A DNA stretch of 64,000 nt, taken from contig NC_083280.1 in the NCBI RefSeq assembly GCF_963506605.1, positions 36,208,001 through 36,272,000 of the forward strand. The letters are read 5' to 3'. Positions 52,531 through 64,000 of the stretch are shown in pieces. A program made the translations under genes and the position numbers. Within the stretch, counting starts at the first letter, position 1. Each line of letters opens with the position of its first letter. The stretch is from Zootoca vivipara. Its lineage: Eukaryota. Below the pieces are notes generated by a model that saw only the letters and a program-made list of their open reading frames with translations, searched no databases and was not told the DNA's origin.

Positions 52531-52960
52531 CTGTGGAAGAGAGAAGTGATTCAGAATGAACACCCTTCTCTGCTAAGCAGGGGGAATCAATTTGATTTTG
52601 TTTGAATCTTAATGAGAAACTACCTCATTTGCACTTCTTGAGCCAATACACAAAGTGAAACTTATTGGGGTGGGATTCAGTTAACAAATTTCGCTAGCTC
52701 TGGGTAGCCCAGCAGCAGCACGGCCACAGGTAGAGTCCTGTAGTTGCGATCTTCAGCCTGGGAATCTGTGTGTTTGCTCATTCATACTAAGCCAAGCAAA
52801 GCAGGTTAGAGGGGCTTGCGGGAACCCTGGAATGTAGCTCGCTGCAGAACATAGCAGATACACACACAGAGACACGCATATATATAACATGTGCAGCAGA
52901 TCACTAGAAGAAACAAGCCAACCAGAGACTGCAAATCAAATGAAACCACACTCATAGCAG

Positions 52961-52962
<2 letters not shown>

Positions 52963-53008
<46 letters not shown>
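52963..53008. repeat. (CT)n microsatellite
   Basis: Seen directly. Confidence 0.9.
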
Positions 53009-53011
<3 letters not shown>

Positions 53012-53079
53012 TGCAAAGCAAACATGGAGTAGCATGTCACACAGAAGACGCATGCACAGCACCCTTTCAATGCACATGC

Positions 53080-53215
53080 CAGGCACCCCCAAACTGCGGC
53101 CCTCCAGATGTTTTGGCCTACAACTCCCATGATCCCTAGCTAACAGGACCAGTGGTCGGGGAAGATGGGAACTGTAGTCCAAAACATCTGGAGGGCCGAA
53201 GTTTGGGGATGCCTG
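53080..53215. mobile_element. 136-bp hairpin hAT MITE
   Basis: Family of 13098-13233; flanks GCACATGC / GGTTAAAC do not form a TSD. Confidence 0.85.
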
Positions 53216-53825
53216 GGTTAAACATTATAGCTCAGCCATCCTTTTTGATAATTTTCAGAAATCTGGGGAAGAATCCAATTAACTTGTCCTACCAACAAAA
53301 GGATGTATGGCTGTGGAACATCTCTCTCTCTCCACAATGTGTGCCCTGTGTCCTCCAAATCTGCTCCAGAGGGTTGGTGGAACCCCTAGAACAGATTTAG
53401 GGGTCCCATGGGGATAAGGGGGAGAGGGATGCTCCATTACACAAGTGTACATCATTGCACTGGTGGTAGCACTACATTGGATACAACCCTGGTTGGATTG
53501 GACAAATTGTCCTGAGCGTATCATGAATGGGATTTCCAGGCTTTGTACTGAGATTCCCTCTATTTCCGATGTTCAGGTGTAAGCGCCATTGCTTTTGGAG
53601 TCAAAACAGCACCCACCATGCACAAAAGGGAGGTATCAGTAGACTTGAGGAAAATCCTTAATTTGCAAAACTAAGTACCGGTATATCCTTGCTCTGGGTG
53701 TACCCTGCCCACCTCCAATGACAAAACCTTGTTTGGTTATTTAAAAAACAACAGCAACAGAAGACAAAAAAAGCAGGCCTTACAGTTTCCTACGCAGGTT
53801 CTTGACAGGAAAAATATCCACTTAC

Positions 53826-54002
53826 CAATAAGCCTCCTCCCCACACTCCTGGCATCAGCATAGCTTTCTTTGTGATGTGGCCCATCCGTAGATAACGCCA
53901 TTCCCAACTGGGAAAGAGCAAGAGAAGGTTGGCAAGAATGGAAAGCAGGCCCAGGGTCAAGAGGCATGGCCCCAGGATCCTAGCACACGTCCCCACGCAC
54001 AT
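53826..54002 (-). CDS. TM4SF19: TM4SF19-like first coding exon
   Basis: MCVGTCARILGPCLLTLGLLSILANLLLLFPSW...AMLMPGVWGGGLL; acceptor at 54018-54019; the 4 exons total 633 nt = 210 aa + stop. L6 family is secure, orthology is inferred. Confidence 0.8.
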
Positions 54003-54209
54003 TGTCAGCAGAGATCCCTGCAAAGATGAAGAGAAGAGTCAAGGGCTGTGTGAGCATTTCTGTTTTCTCTGGCTTTAGTGCACTTTGTTTGAGTACATGT
54101 GATCCACAATCCACATGTGTCCTGTAGTTTCTTGAGAAATATTGCTGATCAGTGTGTTTCCCCTCAAACCAGTGAAGGACTGGACACTGTTGAAATAAAT
54201 GTCATTGCC

Positions 54210-54732
54210 CAGGCCCGGCTTGCCCATTGACTCTAGTGGCGCAATGCACCACGGCGCCTGGGAGATCAGGGGGCGCTGAGGGGTGCTGAGGGGTGCCCCA
54301 GCAAGCGGGGCAGCTTCGCGGCGGCCTCCCTTTTCCCTCCACCAGCCGTGCCGCGAGAGCAGGGAGGGAAGCGAGCGGAACAGGGGCACTAGGACCCTGT
54401 TCCACTCTGCAGCGCCAGGGTAATCCCTCACCCCGGCGCTGCGTTTCATTGGTAGAGGTGACGCCACATGGCAGCACCTCTACCAATGAAACGCAGTGCC
54501 CTGTTGGCGGGAAGGAACCCGGCGTGGCCCGGCCTGCCCAGGGACCCTGCTCCGGTGGCATCGGACAGGCAGGCGGCCTCCGGCACAGCGCGCCCCTGCT
54601 GTGAGGTGCGGGGGCCGCCGTGAGGCTCCCGCCGCCCAGCACGCCAGGTAAGAGTTTTTCCCTTTTTTTATGAGCGGGGGGCACCCGAGGGTTCCCTGCA
54701 CCAGGGCGCCTGATGACCTTAAGACGGCCCTG
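54210..54732. mobile_element. GC/CpG-rich 523-bp hAT non-autonomous element
   Basis: 8-bp TSD TCATTGCC at 54202-54209 and 54733-54740; imperfect TIRs caggcccggctt / aagacggccctg. Confidence 0.88.
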
Positions 54733-55546
54733 TCATTGCCAGTTTGCACATGGAGTGTGGTATGCCATCTTGTCCTTTGCCAGACTGCCCCAGCCCCAAT
54801 GGTCTGCACTGGCTGTTAAAGGGCCAGGTACAGATTAGCCAGAGACACAAGACTTACAGAATATTGATAACTGCACACTGAAAACTTGTTAAAAGCAGAC
54901 CAAGAATGTGTCCATAAGGTATTTTGCCATGCCACCCACCCCTCGTCAACAGGGCAGAGGGAGGGAGAGTTAAATGGGATGGTTTGCAAATTTCCTAATG
55001 TGAAAGCAGCATTTCCTCTACTTGCAGGGGTTTAAGTGACATTGCTTAAGCAGTCAAAAATGGCACTGCCCTTGCACAAGAGGGAGGTTTGCAGATGTCT
55101 AAAAATACCTTTAAGAGCCTATGCGTGGGGTAGGGGTGGAGACTCTTCAAAACAGCTCAATGAGCAGAGTATACTGAGTGGTCATGGCATTGAATGCTAA
55201 CTGGTAGTTGGGGAGATAGGGCAGGGGGATGGAATGGAGTGGAGTATCCTCAGCAAGAACATTTCACACCACAATGTTTTCTAGCAGGCCCCACCCATTT
55301 ATTTTAAGGCTAGATGTGCTTTGGACAGCCAGGCTGATGACAACAAGGTGCAGACAGTGTCTCTGCAATGTTAGTTGCCTACCCAAGAGACCCTGAGCCT
55401 CTCCTGACTGTCTTTTCCATTACCTGGGCATGCAGCAACATGTCGTTGACACATGAATGGCACATTTTAAATGGATTTATACTGGACCATCTAGTCATCA
55501 CTCTACTTTATCGGTTGTTCGGTGATGTTTCCCCAGTGCTTCTGCA

Positions 55547-55670
55547 ACTCAGTTGGTTAGAGCATGGTGCTGATAACACCAAGGTCCCAGGTTTGATCCC
55601 TGTATGGAGCAGCCACATATTCCTGGGGTTTGGATTAGATGGTGTCCAACTGTACAGTTCTATGATTCTC
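55547..55670 (+). mobile_element. tRNA-derived SINE with CR1-type tail
   Basis: ctcagttggttagagcatggtgctgataacaccaagg head; ttctatgattct tail. Confidence 0.7.
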
Positions 55671-56165
55671 TGATAATTGCATCCAAACTTTAACTTTGCT
55701 CATTCCATCGTCCATGCTCCTGCTATCCCCGCTTCCCTTCCCCGCATCAGTAAGTCAAACTGCAATGCCAGGCCACCCAACTTCCATTTGCACACTTTAA
55801 TTTTTTTTATGTTTGGGTTGTGACTGGTGTGTTAAACCATGCTTGTTTGGGGGGGGGGGCGTGGGGAGGCGGGACCACAGGAATGCCAGCATATGTCATC
55901 TATAAGCAGTATGTGGGAGAGACACAAGAGTGCAAGCTTCTCTCCCCACACCTTTTCATGTTATTTGTGCTACAATGCCATGCAACCATATCACAACATT
56001 TAATTTTGACACTGCTAAGGTTTTTATGCTCAGGCTGTGATTCCTGTGCTATACCATAGCTCCTTCCAACACCCCGACAGGAACGCTGCTATACAGCATT
56101 GACGGAAAGTTTGTGAGAGTGGGTGCCTCACAAAGAAATGCATTTAATTTGGAACATTGCCAGGG

Positions 56166-56518
56166 CAAAGGTAAAGGTAAAGGGACCCCTGACCATTAGG
56201 TCCAGTCGTGACTGACTCTGGGGTTGTGGCGCTCATCTCGCGTTATTGGCCGAGGCGTATAGCTTCCAGGTCATGTGGCTAGCATGACTAAGCCGCTTCT
56301 GGCGAACCAGAGCAGCACACGGAAACATTGTTTACCTTCCCGCTGTAGCGGTTCCTATTTATCTACTTGCACTTTGATGTGCTTTCGAACTGCTAGGTTG
56401 GCAGGAGCTGGGACCAAGCAACGGGAGCTCACCCCATCACGGGGATTTGAACCGCCGACCTTCTGATCGGCAAGCCCTAGGCTCTGTGGTTTAACCCACA
56501 GCGCCACTCGCGTACCCT
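56166..56518 (-). mobile_element. Sauria SINE
   Basis: (AAAGGT)n tail and body. Confidence 0.88.
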
Positions 56519-57547
56519 AGTGCTATAGCACAACAAAGGCAAAATAATAGTAACTATCAGAACATCTGAGGTACAAAAAAACCATAGGATTTCACACAGC
56601 AATTGTTAATGAAGCAGCATGGCCATCCTCAAACTTTTACAGGCACAAATAGCATTGGATGCAGGAGTGCATATAACCACCCTGGTACCTGCAAGTCAAG
56701 AGCACAAATAATCATGAATGCACAATAGAAAGGACACCCAGAGCCCCCCCTTCCCCATTCCTTGTTGTTATTCTCTCCCCCAGGTGGATGGTTTTCATTG
56801 CCTTGTCCTATTTTCCCAATACACAGCTTCTCCTTAGGTCACAAAATTGGTAGCTGAGTCTGAGTCTGTTTGGGAAAAGATGCTCCCCTACCCAAATCCC
56901 ATATAACTGCTGTCTCTTTAGGCAATAACTCCAAAAACCTATGGAAATTCCACAAAGCATGATATCCTGTACAAAACACCCCTTACCACACCCATGTAAT
57001 TCAACATGGCCCTTTCCCTCTGGAGACTTATGGCTATATGGTTTTTTAAAAAAACACATATCGGTATTCCTTACTCCCAAAGAAATTCCAGAAGGATGTA
57101 TACAACTTAGTGAATTCAAACAGTTACAGTCGGAGATTATACAGGACTCTCACATACCCACACATGCCAGCACCTGGTGAAGAAGACCTCTTTATTTCAG
57201 CTGGCATTTCAAGTAAACAACCCCCCCCCCGCCCCAACATACATACCAAGTTTATAGTTAATTTTATCTAGTTATACTTGTTTATTTCATAAAATTTATA
57301 AACCGCTTGATTGCAAGAAACCTCAATGCGGTTTACAAAAAGATTAGAGAAAAAGATAATTTTGTCTCCGTTCTGTTGCCTTCTTGCACACTAGTTAGAG
57401 ACTATGGGTTGCCATTTGTCCTCTTTATTCTGGACAGGTCCTCATTTCATGAAAGTCATCATAGCGATCCATAGTTAAAAGCAGAAGTCAGCAAATGTGT
57501 TCTCTTTTTTGCTCCCTAAAATACGGCAACTCTAAAAGTTGTATATA

Positions 57548-57768
57548 CAGTGGTACCTCGGGTTACAAACGCTTCAGGTTACAGACTCCGCTAACCCAGA
57601 AATAGTACCTCGGGTTAAGAACTTTACCTCAGGATGAGAACAGAAATTGTGCTCCGGCGGCAGCAGCGGGAGGCCCCATTAGCTAAAGTGGTGTCTCAGG
57701 TTAAGAACAGTTTGAGGTTAAGAACAGACCTCCGGAACGAATTAAGTTCTTAACCAAAGGTACCACTG
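57548..57768. mobile_element. Tc1/mariner-type MITE
   Basis: TA-cagtggtacct ... aggtaccactg-TA. Confidence 0.85.
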
Positions 57769-58238
57769 TAAATGGTTGGAATGAAATGATGATAACCATC
57801 ACCACCACCACCATCTAACAATACCTGTACTGTGCTTCCATCTGGATAGCCACATACTATTGTAAATGGGTCACTGAGATATCACAAAAGGGTAGAAGAC
57901 ATCAGAATTTTTTGTTTTTTAATAACTGGATTTCCCCTAGAAATGGTAAGCCTTGATTAAATGGAGGCAGGGAGGAGGGAATATGGGTTGCCATTTGATG
58001 ATGACAACATTGTGCGGGCACTGCAGAAACATGAGGAATGCATGAGGAGTACTGATACAGTACAGCCAAGAAGAAGCAACACCTGTTTCAGTTTATAGTC
58101 TAGAAATGTCCTGAATCCATCTCAGCTGGGAAATGAAAAGTGAATTCCAGTTTCAGGTTCCTCAGCTCTTTGCCACCCCAGCAAACCCACAATCAGCTTG
58201 TCCTCACAGAATTAATTCTTCCCAGGTCTTTCACTTAC

Positions 58239-58386
58239 CTTTGAGAAACAGAAAGCACTGATGCAGATCCAAGGAACTGGTGGTATCAAGCTTGCGCTCA
58301 GCTCCAAAGGTTGGTGCCGTTGTTGCAATAATCCACACAAGAGAAATTTCTCTGGAAAAGGCAACAACAGCTGGCAACTATTTATA
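58239..58386 (-). promoter_or_regulatory. Putative TATA promoter and non-coding first exon of the TM4SF19-like gene
   Basis: Minus-strand TATAAA at 58381-58386; consensus donor AAG|GTAAGT at 58239/58238; the ATG exon has an acceptor, so an upstream exon is implied. Confidence 0.45.
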
Positions 58387-59313
58387 ATCTTCTGGCAACT
58401 GAAACCTGGGCAGGCCCCAAGTTATTTTCTCCCTAGATGGTCAGACCTGGATCTAACTAGTTTTTTTTAATCACACCAGTCACATGACCCATCTTCCCAT
58501 GATGGGCAAGTCCAACAGCTCCGTACCATTCTAAAGGAAAAAATTGCCCATAGAGGGAAATGACAAATGAGTGATTAGAAGAAAACTGTTTCTGTGAGGA
58601 AGTAGGCTTAAGGGCGGCAGTTGTACATGAAGCAAGCTTGCAACATGCTCAAACAAAACAATGCTAGAGGGATCGTGGTGCTGCTCTGTCTGTTGCAACA
58701 AAAAGAATAAAAAGGTCTCTCCAGGTGGTTGTTTATTGTGCATGCTTCATGCACAATACAGTCTGCGCGACATCAGCAGCATGAAAATGCCAGCTTATTT
58801 TGCCTACCGCCACCAAGAGATGCAGATTTGCACTGGGAGGTGAGTCCAATCATGTTAAAAAAACCAACAACAGTGATTGCCACATCCTTGACCACCAGGG
58901 ATGGGCTATCAGTGGGTCACATGACATAGGAGGTGCCCAATAGGAGCTGAGTACCTGTCTGGTAGGTGAAATTGCCACTAATGCCCCAGCCAAAGCTGCC
59001 TTTCTTCACACTGCAATTAACAAGAATGCACATATGTTATAGAAAGGAAACCTGCACAAACACATATATAAAATCTGTATAAAAAACCCCTGTACCTCTT
59101 GCTTTGAGAGACATATTTGGAGAAGAAAAGGCTAAGGAGTAAACCCTATACAAATCCAGAGTGGAGTCCCTAGACAGTTGGATGGTGCATTGCACACCTC
59201 CTTCTGGCAGCTCCTGCAACCAAGCTGGTGCCAAAAGTATTGCTCTGTTTTCCTTTGGACTACATCAGTGAGGCTGAGAGGGGGCGGTCTTGTAGTCTGG
59301 GCAGCCTGGACCT

Positions 59314-59443
59314 CATAGAATCATAGAGTTGGAAGAGACCACAAGGGCCATCCAGTCCAACCCCCTGTCAAGCAGGAAACACCATCAAAGCATTCTTGAC
59401 AGATGGCTGTCAAGCCTCTGCTTAAAGACCTCCAAAGAAGGAG
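59314..59443 (-). mobile_element. CR1 LINE 3' end
   Basis: catagaatcatagagttggaagagacc...ccatccagtccaacccc is the reverse of the CR1 3' tail. Confidence 0.82.
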
Positions 59444-59665
59444 CAGTACCTATTTATCTATTTGCACTTTTGACGTGCTTTCAGTCGAGAATGGTTGACC
59501 CATATAATGATACATTAATCCAGTGGTCCTTTACCCTTACCATTTTTAGTGCTCCATATTTCAGCTCCAGATTAATGTATCATTATATGGGTCAACCATT
59601 CTCGACTGACTTACAAAAGTCAGGTGGTTCCACCAAGAACAACAAAATTCCCTTTATAGTTATAT

Positions 59666-59670
<5 letters not shown>

Positions 59671-59720
<50 letters not shown>
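59671..59720. repeat. (CA)n microsatellite
   Basis: Seen directly; abuts the SINE head. Confidence 0.9.
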
Positions 59721-59725
<5 letters not shown>

Positions 59726-60067
59726 GCGCTGTGGTCTAAACCACTGAGCCTAGGGCTTGCCAATCAGAAGGTCGGCGGTTCGAATCCCCACGACGGGGTG
59801 AGCTCCCGTTGCTCGGTCCCAGCTCCTGCCAACCTAGCAGTTCGAAAGCACGTCAAAAGTGCAAATAGATAAATAGGTACCGCTCCGGCGGGAAGGTAAA
59901 TGACATTTCTGTGCGCTGCTCTGGTTCACCAGAAGTGGCTTAGTTATGCTGGCCACATGACCCAGAAGCTGTCTGTGGACAAACGTCGGCTCCCTCGGCC
60001 TATAGAGTGAGATGAGCGCCGCAACCCCAGAGTCGTCCGCTAACAGTCAGGGGTACCTTTACCTTTA
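59720..60067 (+). mobile_element. Sauria SINE embedded in a CA repeat
   Basis: ggtggcgctgtggtctaaacc head; ACCTTT tail. Confidence 0.88.
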
Positions 60068-60915
60068 CAGTGCACACACACGCACACACACAACTCACCA
60101 CACTGAAACAGCTGAAGTGTATAAATCACATTGCGATTTTCAGGGGGTGGAGGAAGAGGAAGGTTTGTTTTTGGCATTACTGGGGAAATGTTGCAACTCA
60201 CTCTTGTGTTCCAGCTACGTCACGTCAGCCACACAACTCTCTGTTTGGATCAGCTGTTTTGAGAGCAAGTCTGTTGTGGTGTTTTCCACTTTCACATTCC
60301 AGGCACTTCATATAGTGTTCGAACTCCTACAGAGTTCACACCAGTGCTAACAAGCGAACTACCACATGCTGATGTATCATCAACAGTAGCTGGCCTGGTG
60401 CCACTTATAAAACCACCGTGACAGCTGTCAATTGCGGAAGAGCTCAGAGTGCTATTTATTTATTATTGCATTCATAAATTATTATTGCAGATTGAGTGCC
60501 TGAATGCTATAGCAAGAATTTTAAAGTGATGGCCTAGCAGGGTGTGGATGGCGTGGGGCAATATTTGTACCCCAAGATATTTTGCGGCCTGAGACAGAGC
60601 AGCATATGTTGCCCCCCCCATAGGTCAGTGTGTATAGTACCCAAGGCTGGCCACATTTTGTGGGGAAGTGAGGCAGAAAAACCAAAAAGCCTCTGTTCTC
60701 CTCTGACACACAAAAATGGTAACCGTAATAAATTAACCAATAATTTGCAAAGCCATATGTGAAATCGGCTTGCCTCACTCTACCTAGTGGGAGAACCAGC
60801 CTGTTCCACTTCAGGCAGCAAAATGTTTTTGACCATTAATGCCAGTTGCCAAAGCAAGATTTTAGCAAAGCAAACCTGCACACACACACACACACCAAAA
60901 AGGGCATAAAATAAC

Positions 60916-61036
60916 CAGTGCTATTTTCTCTTGAAAAAGAGGTGCCCATGAACACCTCCCTCATTCTCTTAGAATGGCAATGGTGCCCACCTGAGAGGTG
61001 CCAGAACCGTCAAGTTCCAGCTGAAAAAAAGCCCTG
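60916..61036. mobile_element. hAT MITE
   Basis: 8-bp TSD AAAATAAC. Confidence 0.75.
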
Positions 61037-61286
61037 AAAATAACTATGATGGTGCATACTTAGAACAACGACTACTTTCATTCTCTCTCTTTTTTAAAAT
61101 TAGTTTTCCAAATTATTACAAATCACTTTAATACAATTTCTTAAAATCAGGTTTCCTGCTCCTGTTGCAAACATGTGTCGATCATTTCCTCCCATAGCCA
61201 CATCATCTCTTATTTAATGTCCAATTGATCCTTCACTTGTCTTTAGTCCATTCTTGCAGCTGACCACATTTTTTTCCTCCTTACAA

Positions 61287-61653
61287 CATAGCTGCCAAGT
61301 CTCCCACTGAAAAATGCGGGATCAGCAGCGGCGTGGCAACGGAAGTCACTTCTACGCATGCATAGAAGCAACTTCCGGTGCAGCTCTGCCCAATTTTTGG
61401 TGCCCAGGTATGGGCGGAGCGGCACCAGAAGTCGCTTCTTCGCATGTCCGAACATGCGTAGAAGCGACTTCCGGTGCCGCGCTACCCATGTCTGGGCACC
61501 AGAAATCGGGCGGCGCCAGGACCCAAAATGGAGCCTCCCTGGCTGGTAGGAAATCCGGGGGATTTACGGGATTTTTTCCAATCCGGGCTGCCAGCAGGAA
61601 ACGGTTTAAAATACGGGGGTTTCCTGCGAAAAATGAGAGACTTGGCAGCTATG
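61287..61653. mobile_element. 367-bp hAT element (catagctgccaag termini)
   Basis: TIR catagctgccaagtctc / gagacttggcagctatg; 8-bp TSD CCTTACAA. Confidence 0.9.
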
Positions 61654-64000
61654 CCTTACAAACAGTGCCTCTCTTACCTCTTATAAATATAAAATCTATT
61701 TCACGTGTGTAGTCATTCATATACGTTGTTGTTTCAGACCTGGTGTGCTGGGAGAATTAATTACGATCTTCCCTTGTTCAGTTCTTTGCAGTGTTTATCT
61801 GAATGGGACAAAGTCACATTCCATTCCTTCCGCTGTTTACCGACTAGCGTACGAGCTGCAGCCATAAATAACTCACAGAGTACATGTCCAGTTTCTGCCA
61901 TTAAAATTCCACTCTGCAGTTCTTCCTCAGCACACAGTTAAAAACAAAATCTTTTCTCAAATTCGGCCTCTATTCGGCAGCCGCTCATTCATCTTGCTCT
62001 GCATTGCTCCTTCACACTCCTGGTCCAATCCAAAGATGATTTTAAATAAAGTCCATTCAACCTAGGTCAAGGGGGGAGGGCATAATAAAACCTTGTTAAA
62101 TTCCTTGTTGAGCATAAATCAAGACTCCCACCCTCTCATTTCCATGGTAACAGACAGAATAACATAGCTGTGGCTGCAGACATCTCTTTCATTTTACAGG
62201 GGAGGACAAGAAGAAAAAAGACCATTTGAAAACTGTATGAAAGCACAAAGCACCTTGTCCTCCCCCTTCCTTTCCCGGCTGTTGTGAGGATTCTCAAGCT
62301 TCAGGGGGAAAATTCAGATACCTTCAAAGAGCCAAGCTCAGTCCTTTTGACAGCTGGTTGATTGCAGCACATTGTCATATGTTGGTCCAGGAGCCCCTCC
62401 TTATTAACGCCAATACTCCAGACTAAGGAGGAACCAACCACACATCATGCTGCCGGAGATGGAGGCTTGTCCATGACCAGTTTCATTCTCATGCTTTATC
62501 CTGGACTTGCACTTCTCTACAAAAATTGCCACAGCATCCACAGAGGGCATGTATGCACTGCAGACCTTCCTTTGGGTCTTTCTAGACCATTAAAGGCACA
62601 TGTATAGTCCTCTAAATGTTGCTGGGCTCCAACTCCCATCATTCCTGACCAGTAACTGTATTGGCTGGGGTTAATTGGAGTTGGGGTCTAGTAAGGGAAA
62701 GAGCCTTGCTCAGGGAAAATCCTTTTTTTGAAAAAAGGACAGGGCATCGATTCCAACAGTGGAAGAGTCACTACAGTGAGAAATGCTTAAATAAACAATA
62801 GGTGGGGATTTCAAATTGCCATGGGTGGGTGGGAGTGGAATTAGTGCATGATGTTCTGTATGTTTGCTGGGCTGATATTACCTGGATGTATTTGTGATAG
62901 TGATATAGTCTAGAGAAGATGAGTACTGCCTTCCACTCCCCTGAAGTAGTTTGGCCATCCTTATCTTTCAATTTTTTTCTCCATTTGTTAATTTAAGCAC
63001 TCCTATATTAGCAGTACACCTTGCATCACACGTAATAATTACTATTGAGCAACTGAACTGCTGCCTAAAGAGAGTGGGTGTGTCCTAGTTCTCCTCCCAC
63101 TCCAAATTTGTCAGCTTTAAAAAATAAATCTTGCAAGTTGGGTAAGAATTGTCCATCCAACAGCCACAATCATGCCTCCCTTATATCAGCATAACTTGCA
63201 GTTTTCATGTTCTTTCCCAGTGTGACTCTTGCAATCTTGTTAGCAAATGTACAGGTTTACATGACTGTGGAAAATACGGTCAGGCAACTTTAACTCTTTG
63301 AACCACGATGACTGAGGAAGTGAGTCGCCCCAGTCTCCACTTCTGCACTCTATTGCTTTGTAAAATATAACATTCTCACACACACATGGCACATTGAAGA
63401 GGAAACATTTGCTCCTCTTTAATATAGGTACAATTTTGACCCTTATTACACAATATCTGCAGATTTCCAGATGTTTTACAATTAGTCACAATCTCAGGTT
63501 CCCCATCTGTTAAATGAGGCAAATGTTTTATAGCATGTCTTTTAAACATTTAGGGTTGTTTTCAACTAGTGCTTCTTCAGAGTAGACACAATGAAATTAA
63601 TGAACCTAAGTTGATGATGATCATTAATTGAAATGGGTCTACTCTGTGGAAACAATAGTTGATGACAACCCTTCGTTCCTTAACAAATGGTACATATGTC
63701 CACAGGTTAATGGCCAAGCATGTTTTGCATGCATAAGGTTCCAAGCAGGATTAGAAATGACCCTTGTCTATAAATCATTGATAGTCATTGCCCAACAATA
63801 TAGGCAATACCAAGCTAGGACTAATGATTTGACTCAGTCTAAGGGAGCTGAGAACAGGCAGGGGAGGCTCTGCCAGCTTCTAACAGCAGCACTGAGCGGT
63901 GTCTCCTTCCTCTCAACCCCACTATACATGTCTATAATTTTTGCACACACCTTTTAACCTAGGTAACTGTCTTGCCAAGGATGCGGGTGGTGCTGTGGGT

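Noticed and set aside
50565-53215. Inversion between two oppositely oriented MITEs lacking TSDs
   Set aside because: The exons between them keep the correct order and strand, and the flanks are not reciprocal
54075-54809. 103-160 aa ORFs and an apparent promoter CpG island
   Set aside because: Explained by a GC-rich hAT insertion with TSD
62200-62240. Acceptor followed by EDKKKKDHLKTV-stop (PDZ-ligand-like) on the plus strand
   Set aside because: No upstream plus-strand exons found; too short to support

Overview
Eukaryotic genomic DNA from a squamate reptile, probably a lacertid lizard, judged from Sauria-SINE, CR1, L2, BovB and hAT/Tc1 MITE content. Genes were reconstructed by hand from splice sites and translation. 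In order: DTYMK exon 1 (-), complete ING5 (+, 8 coding exons, 240 aa), complete D2HGDH (+, 9 coding exons, 560 aa), a disrupted GAL3ST2 relic (+), complete NEU4 sialidase (+, 3 coding exons, 502 aa), and an L6-family tetraspan gene most like TM4SF19 (-, 4 coding exons, 210 aa). This is the vertebrate DTYMK-ING5-D2HGDH-GAL3ST2-NEU4 block, but PDCD1, which follows NEU4 in human, was not found. The most notable observations are: (1) GAL3ST2 is inactivated by a MITE inside a Tyr codon, a frameshift, a nonsense codon and a BovB-bounded 5' loss. (2) NEU4 ends in a K-Ras4B-like polybasic + CaaX tail. (3) The TM4SF19-like stop codon sits on a splice donor. (4) A CR1 junction carries two serial inverted copies of neighbouring DNA. 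No prokaryote-type system, CRISPR array or true tRNA/rRNA gene was seen. Gene identities rest on recalled homologue motifs, not database searches.
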